The notes under the pieces: model-generated
What the model was told of the DNA's origin: nothing
Seen by the model: only the letters and a program-made list of their open reading frames with translations
Databases searched by the model: none
Translations under genes and position numbers: made by a program
Part shown: positions 26,595 through 31,651 of the stretch, in pieces
Numbering within the stretch: the first letter of the stretch is position 1
Layout: each line of letters begins with the position of its first letter
Assembly: GCA_027002475.1 (NCBI GenBank)
Contig: JALWZS010000001.1
Coordinates: 1 to 31,651, forward strand
DNA length: 31,651 bases
Direction of reading: 5' to 3'
Source: a bacterium
Lineage (GTDB): Bacteria; Patescibacteriota; 4484-211; GCA-002791395

Positions 26595-27836
26595 TTAAGG
26601 GGTTGGTTGTGGAGTCGGCGTTGAGGTGGGTAGCGCTTGCTGGAAGAAAAACGGCGGTTGCGCCCCGGCTTCATTCGTGAAAAGTGTGCTGGGCACATCC
26701 CCTTGCCAACGCTGAATGGCTTCGTAAGTGAGAATGTTGGGGTCCGATGCGATTTGCTGGCGGATTAGCTCCAGGGCTTTAGCATCAGCTTGTGCCCTTA
26801 AAATCCGCGCCTGGCTATCGCCTTCGGCCTTCAAAATCTCTGCCTTCTTTTGCGCTTCAGCGGCGGCCACCTTGGCCTTGCCTTCATTGGCGGCTTTTTC
26901 TTCGAGCTGGGCCGCGATCTCTACGTCCATTTGAGCGGCCTCGAGCTGCAGCCGTTTCTCGGCTTGGGTTTTCAGCTGCGCCTCGAATTCCGGTGAGTAG
27001 TTGAAGAAACTGATAGCAACATCAGTAACTTCAACCAGGCCGCCAAGCTTTGCTTGCAGCTCGGTCTTGATCTCATCCTGAGCTTCTTTCTTGTGCACGC
27101 CAAAGTAATCATATGGATGTGCACCTGAAACTGATTTGACCGCATTGATAGCGGCTTCTTTGACCAGGACCTTTTCGTAATCAGGCCCATATCGCAAGTC
27201 AAGGAGCTTCATGGATTCGATTGGGACTGAGAGCTGCGTTAGCTCAAGCTCTTTACCTTCCTCGACGGGCAGTCGGAACCAAATCACAACATCCGGGTAA
27301 ATCTCCGGTCGACCAGTTGTGTTGGTGTCCGCTTGGATGTCGTAGATCTTCATTGGGCGAATCCGTGTCGTGTAGCGATTCACTCGAGACACGAACGGTG
27401 TTGCCCAGTGGGTTCCAGGACCAACAACTCGGTATCCAACGTTTGGGAACGACTGTCGGATGACGCCGACATTCGTTGGGGTCACGACCTGCAGCCCCGC
27501 GAAGAACAGATACCCGGCAATGCCCACCATCGCGAACACCTTTGCCCAGCGGTGGCGGCTTTTCGAGCCAGCTTCGGGGTATCCTTCGAGGAACAGATCG
27601 TAGTAACCCCAAACAAGTGAGACCAGAATGATTAGCAACATGACCCCCTGCAATGCGTCTGGCCATGCAAAGGCGCTGCCGTCATCCTGGAACTCAAAGG
27701 TAGTGGTGACCGTCTCTCGGTCGACTGGCACTGCTTTCCCTGCTTCTGGTGTGGGGGTTGCTGGTGCACATGCCATTAAGGCGGTGGCGAGCAAACCGAC
27801 AACAAGGATGAGCAGGACAATTTTTCGAAGTTTCAT
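26595..27836 (-). CDS. SPFH/Band 7 family protein (lipoprotein-like N-terminus), in a high-GC insert
   Basis: LLATALMAC lipobox-like signal, an SPFH core and a long Ala/Glu/Lys coiled coil. GC is about 55-58%, against about 38% in the flanks. Perfect SD GGAGGT. Confidence 0.75.
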   Translation of the reverse strand: MKLRKIVLLILVVGLLATALMACAPATPTPEAGKAVPVDRETVTTTFEFQDDGSAFAWPDALQGVMLLIILVSLVWGYYDLFLEGYPEAGSKSRHRWAKVFAMVGIAGYLFFAGLQVVTPTNVGVIRQSFPNVGYRVVGPGTHWATPFVSRVNRYTTRIRPMKIYDIQADTNTTGRPEIYPDVVIWFRLPVEEGKELELTQLSVPIESMKLLDLRYGPDYEKVLVKEAAINAVKSVSGAHPYDYFGVHKKEAQDEIKTELQAKLGGLVEVTDVAISFFNYSPEFEAQLKTQAEKRLQLEAAQMDVEIAAQLEEKAANEGKAKVAAAEAQKKAEILKAEGDSQARILRAQADAKALELIRQQIASDPNILTYEAIQRWQGDVPSTLFTNEAGAQPPFFFQQALPTSTPTPQPTP

Positions 27837-27884
27837 TGTTTTACCTCCAAAAGAGTGAAAAGAGTTGGTTTCATTGAGCAGTCT

Positions 27885-27934
27885 CCTTACTGCTACTGCA
27901 AAAACACGTAAATGTTCTTACAGTAGCAGTAGGG
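27885..27934. repeat. 14-bp inverted repeat just upstream of the high-GC SPFH gene
   Basis: CCTTACTGCTACTG ... CAGTAGCAGTAGGG with 13/14 complementarity and a 22-nt spacer. Confidence 0.4.
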
Positions 27935-28185
27935 AGGGTAACGGTAAGTGTAATGTGCGTTTGGGACAGCGTCGCTGGGGATTATACTGTAAAACATACG
28001 TTTCTGCAATAAATTGAGTAGGTGCTACTGTTACTTTTTATATGCCGATATATTTTTTATATCAACAATGTAAGATTTATACCATGCCCCAGGCGGAATG
28101 TCAACCTTATATTTTTAATATATCTGCAAGCTGGATATTGCTTGATTTATGCACAAATTATCAACATGTGGTATATAATATTTAT

Positions 28186-29055
28186 ATGAGGTTACGTGCT
28201 GCCCTAACTAAATTTATTAAGGAATTAGAAAATTTGAATTATCCAGAAACAACAATTCGTGGGTATGCGACTGATATAAAGCAATTCATTGAGTTTTTGC
28301 AGGATTTTAATGTAGAGGATATATCTACAGTTTCCCCAAAACATGCAGAATTATTTATTGAACGACTAGAGTCGGAAAATTATGCTCCCCGAAGTATCTC
28401 CAGGAAAATAAATGCGCTTAAGTTATTTGATAATTTTTTGTACGGGCAGGGGCTTATTAACGACCATTTTGCAAATGAGTTAAAACATCCTGAACAGGAA
28501 CAAAGAGAATTAAGAATTCTTTCAAGTGATGAGCTTGCAAAACTGCGTGAAGTTGTTGTAAACGATCTAAAGTATAGGGCGATTATAGAAACTTTGCTTC
28601 AAACCGGCATGGGAATAAGTGAGCTTGCTGGTCTTACTATCGATGATGTAGTTTTGGTTCCTGGTCCAAAATTTGGTGAGGTTCATATTCGAAACCGTAC
28701 TGGGCAGCGAGTTGTCCCAATAAATAATGCAATGGAAAAAGTGCTTGAGGAGTACTTAGAAATTCGTCCAGAATCTGAATCAAGGGCTCTTTTTGTTACT
28801 AAAAACGGCAAGCCTTTGCTTGAAAGAAATATTAGGAGAAAACTCAAAGAGTATTTTAAAAAGGCTGGAATTAATAATGTTATGGTGAATGATTTAAGGA
28901 ATACATTTATTGCCAATCAGCTAATGAAAGGAGTTTCTATCGGTAGAGTTGCATACCTTGTTGGCTATAAAAACATTAGCTCGCTAAACAAGTTTGTTAA
29001 AGCATTGGGAGATAAAATTAAAACACCTGACTACGGAGTGATTGAAGAAGTCTAG
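28186..29055 (+). CDS. Tyrosine-recombinase (phage integrase)-like protein, probably catalytically degenerate
   Basis: It has an N-terminal SAM-like core-binding domain and a C-terminal fold alignable to XerD, but the canonical Arg I, His II, His III and Tyr positions read G, N, Y and F. Only Arg II (DLR) is retained. Confidence 0.65.
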   Translation: MRLRAALTKFIKELENLNYPETTIRGYATDIKQFIEFLQDFNVEDISTVSPKHAELFIERLESENYAPRSISRKINALKLFDNFLYGQGLINDHFANELKHPEQEQRELRILSSDELAKLREVVVNDLKYRAIIETLLQTGMGISELAGLTIDDVVLVPGPKFGEVHIRNRTGQRVVPINNAMEKVLEEYLEIRPESESRALFVTKNGKPLLERNIRRKLKEYFKKAGINNVMVNDLRNTFIANQLMKGVSIGRVAYLVGYKNISSLNKFVKALGDKIKTPDYGVIEEV

Positions 29056-29846
29056 TCGGCTCGTTTGCTCCAATATTTCCACAGTGTCTCAAATGTTTCT
29101 CTTTCTGCTGCTGCGATCGTTTCGTCTTCTATTATGACTGCTTTTAAGTTGTCGTGTGATATAAACGTGACCTTATTTCCGTGAATGATTTTATCTACAT
29201 GGCTTACTTTTGACGTTTTATTACTCGGGGTTAGTATTATTTGTCGTTTCTCGCTTCCAAACTTTTCTTTGTACTCACGTGTCGCTGGCGTATCTTGGAG
29301 TAACTCACGGGTTTTTTGTCCGCGCAGGACTGACTCTTCTACATATTGTTTTAGATATTCTGGATCGTCGTCGAGCTTTAATTGAGTGTTAACATCTCCA
29401 TTGCACAGCCAAAGAGATTCTTCGGCGGCGAGTGTGTCGTATAGTGCAAAACGGAGGCCGCGTTCGCCCTTGTAAAAGCGAACCTTAGGCATGCCCGGCG
29501 TGTTAGAGTTATAAATGGATTCTAATTGCGGAAGCATTTTTTCTAGTGCTGCTGCGCTTTGTGTTAAGTCATTGAGCTTGTCTTTGGCGAGTTTCAATAA
29601 CTGTGAGGGTTCTGTTGGCGTGAAAAAGGTTTTCGTTTCTTCCTTAACGGATGAGACTAAGCCCATTTTTTGTAGGTCATTTAAAATCCCATAAACCGTG
29701 CTTCTTGGGACTTTGGCGTTTTTTGCAATTGCCGATGCTGGGGACTTCCCTAGTTCTAGGTTGGCCAAATAAACCTTGGCATGATTTTCGTCAAGCCCAA
29801 TTGTTTCTAGTGACTTAGTTATTTGTGTCGGCGCGTTCGACAACAT
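29052..29846 (-). CDS. TrmB-family transcriptional regulator
   Basis: N-terminal wHTH LGLDENHAKVYLANLELGKSPASAIAKNAKVPRSTVYGILNDLQKMGLV, followed by a TrmB-like C-terminal domain. Confidence 0.75.
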   Translation of the reverse strand: MLSNAPTQITKSLETIGLDENHAKVYLANLELGKSPASAIAKNAKVPRSTVYGILNDLQKMGLVSSVKEETKTFFTPTEPSQLLKLAKDKLNDLTQSAAALEKMLPQLESIYNSNTPGMPKVRFYKGERGLRFALYDTLAAEESLWLCNGDVNTQLKLDDDPEYLKQYVEESVLRGQKTRELLQDTPATREYKEKFGSEKRQIILTPSNKTSKVSHVDKIIHGNKVTFISHDNLKAVIIEDETIAAAERETFETLWKYWSKRAD

Positions 29847-29883
29847 AGTGCTTATATACTATCGCGTCGGTATTATATTGTCA

Positions 29884-30402
29884 ATGAAGGGAACGCGAGT
29901 CATTCTATACATGGCGGTATCTGCAAATGGTTACATCGCGGATTGCGATGGGGAGACGCCATGGACAACAGCAGAATGGAATAAATTTAAGGAAAAAGTA
30001 AACGAGATAGGGAACGTTTTAGTAGGTAGGAAAACGTATGAGCTTATGAAAAAGGATGGTACGCTAGCAGATATGCCCTACAAAAAGCTTTTTGTACTGA
30101 CTTCAAATAAGGATAAGTTTATGGATAATGAAGTATTATTTGTAAGTTCTATTAGCGACGCGATTAAAATCTTAACGAAAGAAAATCCTACGCAACTTTT
30201 AATTGCCGGTGGAGCTGCTGCTAATACAGCTGCGCTGAAAACTGGACTTGTTGATGAGATTATATTGGACATAGAGCCTATTCTTTTTGGGAATGGACTG
30301 TCGCTGTTCGAACTAAGTGATTATGTTAAGCGTTTGGAGCTTATAAATCTAGCACGCTATGGTGATAGTGGGGTGCAATTGCACTATGAAGTTTTAAAAT
30401 AA
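29884..30402 (+). CDS. Dihydrofolate-reductase-like (RibD C-terminal domain) protein
   Basis: VILYMAVSANGYIA and VGRKTYE, and a size typical of the family. ATG at 29884 is preferred over the longer ORF. Confidence 0.65.
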   Translation: MKGTRVILYMAVSANGYIADCDGETPWTTAEWNKFKEKVNEIGNVLVGRKTYELMKKDGTLADMPYKKLFVLTSNKDKFMDNEVLFVSSISDAIKILTKENPTQLLIAGGAAANTAALKTGLVDEIILDIEPILFGNGLSLFELSDYVKRLELINLARYGDSGVQLHYEVLK

Positions 30403-30439
30403 CACTTTATAGTTTTCCTTCCTATGCGTTTACTCCAGT

Positions 30440-30463
30440 ACTCCAGTGTACTGGAGTGTTTAT
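30440..30463 (+). terminator. Candidate terminator after the DHFR-like gene
   Basis: Stem ACTCCAG/CTGGAGT with a 4-nt loop, followed by GTGTTTAT. The T-tract is weak. Confidence 0.3.
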
Positions 30464-30506
30464 AAGAAGTTGGGTTTATTCTTACTAGATATTGGTGGAT
30501 TAAGTC

Positions 30507-30535
30507 TTGACGATACTTAGACTTGGATATATTCT
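30507..30535 (+). promoter_or_regulatory. Sigma70-like promoter upstream of pyk
   Basis: TTGACG at 30507-30512, then TATATT or TATTCT after a 15-17 nt spacer, about 27 nt upstream of the pyk ATG. Confidence 0.3.
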
Positions 30536-30561
30536 ACTAGCCTGGTAAATTAATTAAGTAC

Positions 30562-31651
30562 ATGTCAAAAACAAAGATTGTTGCAACAATTGGTCCTGCA
30601 TCTGACTCCCCTGAACTTATCACCGAAATGATTCGCTCTGGCGTTAACGTTTTTCGATTTAACACAAAACACGCCGATGTAAAATGGCATAAAGAGCGCA
30701 TAAAATTGGTACGATCAATTTCTAAAAAGTTGAAGTCTCCGGTTGGAGTTATGATTGATCTACAAGGACCAGAGATTAGGATTGAGACTCCATACAAGCG
30801 TCCTCTCGCAATCAAAAAAGATGAAGAGGTTATATTTGCTCCTGAATTTATTAAAGGTAAAAAGGTTGTCAAACTAAAAGAGCGAGAAGTTTATGCTGCA
30901 GTTAACGAAGGTGACGTAATCTTAATCGACGATGGGTATAACGAGTTTGTTGTAACTGAGCGAGGGATTGATTTTATTACTACTCGTGCTCTTGATGATT
31001 ACGTGATTGGGCATAGGAAGAGTCTTAACATTCCAGGCGCGTTTATTGATATGCCCTCTTTGACCGAGCGGGACTTTGAATACTTGGACTTAGCTAAAGA
31101 AGAACCTGTTGATTTTGTGGCATTATCGTTTGTTCGAAGTCGTGAAGACGTGCTTGTTTTAAAGCACCAGCTCCAAGCTCGTAAAATTCGTGCAGGAATT
31201 ATCTCGAAGGTTGAGGGGGCTCACGCAATTGAGAATATTGATGAAATTATTGAGATTACTGATGCAGTAATGGTTGCCCGCGGGGATTTGGGAGTTGAAA
31301 TTCCAATCGAGCAGATAACTTACTGGCAGAAAAAGATAATTAATAAGTGTAGGACCGCTGCCAAACCTGTGATTACTGCAACAGAGATGCTTCAGTCGAT
31401 GATTGAGCATTCTAGACCAACAAGGGCAGAGGTTAGCGATGTCGCAAACGCTGTATTTGATGGGACAGATGCTGTTATGCTTTCTGGTGAGTCTGCGAGC
31501 GGAAAGCACCCCGTAAAAGCTGTTAGCATGATGGATAGGATTTGCGAGTTTAATGAGGATAAAAGCTTTGTTCCAACTCTCCCGGAAGAAAAGGTAGCCA
31601 ATCAAACAAAGGTTGTAACGCGAGCTGTTATGGATATCGTCTCGATGGGAA
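30562..31651 (+). CDS. pyk: Pyruvate kinase, 3' partial (runs off the window; not in the ORF track)
   Basis: My own translation from ATG 30562 gives [14 protein letters not shown]...[10 protein letters not shown]...[12 protein letters not shown]. The minus-strand ORFs listed here are shadow frames of it. Confidence 0.9.
   Translation, partial: MSKTKIVATIGPASDSPELITEMIRSGVNVFRFNTKHADVKWHKERIKLVRSISKKLKSPVGVMIDLQGPEIRIETPYKRPLAIKKDEEVIFAPEFIKGKKVVKLKEREVYAAVNEGDVILIDDGYNEFVVTERGIDFITTRALDDYVIGHRKSLNIPGAFIDMPSLTERDFEYLDLAKEEPVDFVALSFVRSREDVLVLKHQLQARKIRAGIISKVEGAHAIENIDEIIEITDAVMVARGDLGVEIPIEQITYWQKKIINKCRTAAKPVITATEMLQSMIEHSRPTRAEVSDVANAVFDGTDAVMLSGESASGKHPVKAVSMMDRICEFNEDKSFVPTLPEEKVANQTKVVTRAVMDIVSMG

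Noticed and set aside
26728-27858. Several 60-140 aa ORFs on both strands inside the high-GC region
   Set aside because: High GC suppresses stop codons, so spurious open frames are expected. All overlap the well-supported 413-aa SPFH gene and show no family resemblance.
27860-28185. Possible tRNA or att site in the 330-bp non-coding spacer next to the integrase-like gene
   Set aside because: I found no cloverleaf-compatible sequence, for example no GTTCGAATC-type T-arm, and so no tRNA. An att site cannot be judged from a single copy.
30537-31605. Minus-strand ORFs (30537..30872, 31159..31605, 31392..31601) listed in the ORF track
   Set aside because: They lie antisense to a clear pyruvate kinase reading frame (30562 to the window end) with canonical PK motifs, so they are shadow ORFs.
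1-31651. CRISPR arrays, rRNA genes and canonical defence-system genes (restriction-modification, toxin-antitoxin, Cas, Abi)
   Set aside because: No regularly spaced direct repeats and no recognisable nuclease, helicase or methylase pairs. The methyltransferases present look like rRNA- and small-molecule-type enzymes rather than DNA methyltransferases.

Overview
This is a low-GC (about 38-40% by eye), gene-dense bacterial window with short intergenic spacers, frequent GTG/TTG starts and several start/stop overlaps. The gene content points to an anaerobic, fermentative, probably small-genome organism (CPR/Patescibacteria-like is a guess, not established). The first ~11.4 kb is a coherent Fe-S/redox/fermentation neighbourhood. 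It holds SufS (5' partial) and SufU, HypC, a two-gene [NiFe]-hydrogenase (small and large subunit), the hydrogenase maturation protease, a Cys-rich hypothetical and a DMT transporter. On the minus strand sits a translationally coupled operon: an ADP-forming acetyl-CoA synthetase carrying a C-terminal ferredoxin-NADP-reductase-like domain, the alpha/gamma subunit of a 2-oxoacid:ferredoxin oxidoreductase, its beta subunit, and a small ferredoxin. The rest of the window encodes a peptidase S51, a type IV pilin, an orphan receiver plus two histidine kinases, three tandem alpha/beta-hydrolases, a RumA/RlmD-like methyltransferase, HAD, AKR and SDR enzymes, a class I methyltransferase, an SPFH protein, TruB, a pterin-4a-carbinolamine dehydratase, a DUF4870-like membrane protein, a second SPFH protein, an integrase-like protein, a TrmB-like regulator, a DHFR-like protein and pyruvate kinase (3' partial; absent from the ORF track because it runs off the window). 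I saw no rRNA, tRNA or CRISPR array. The main things worth a second look are: (1) the ACD-FNR fusion inside the pyruvate-to-acetate operon; (2) a minimal hydrogenase whose small subunit has a NuoB-type cysteine motif and whose large subunit has Asn at the C-terminal processing site; (3) a GC-rich palindromic repeat family inserted in-frame into two RNA-modification genes (rumA-like and truB); (4) two single-gene high-GC insertions (about 53-60% GC), each with a perfect Shine-Dalgarno and each lying next to a native low-GC paralogue; and (5) an integrase-like protein in which most canonical catalytic residues appear substituted.
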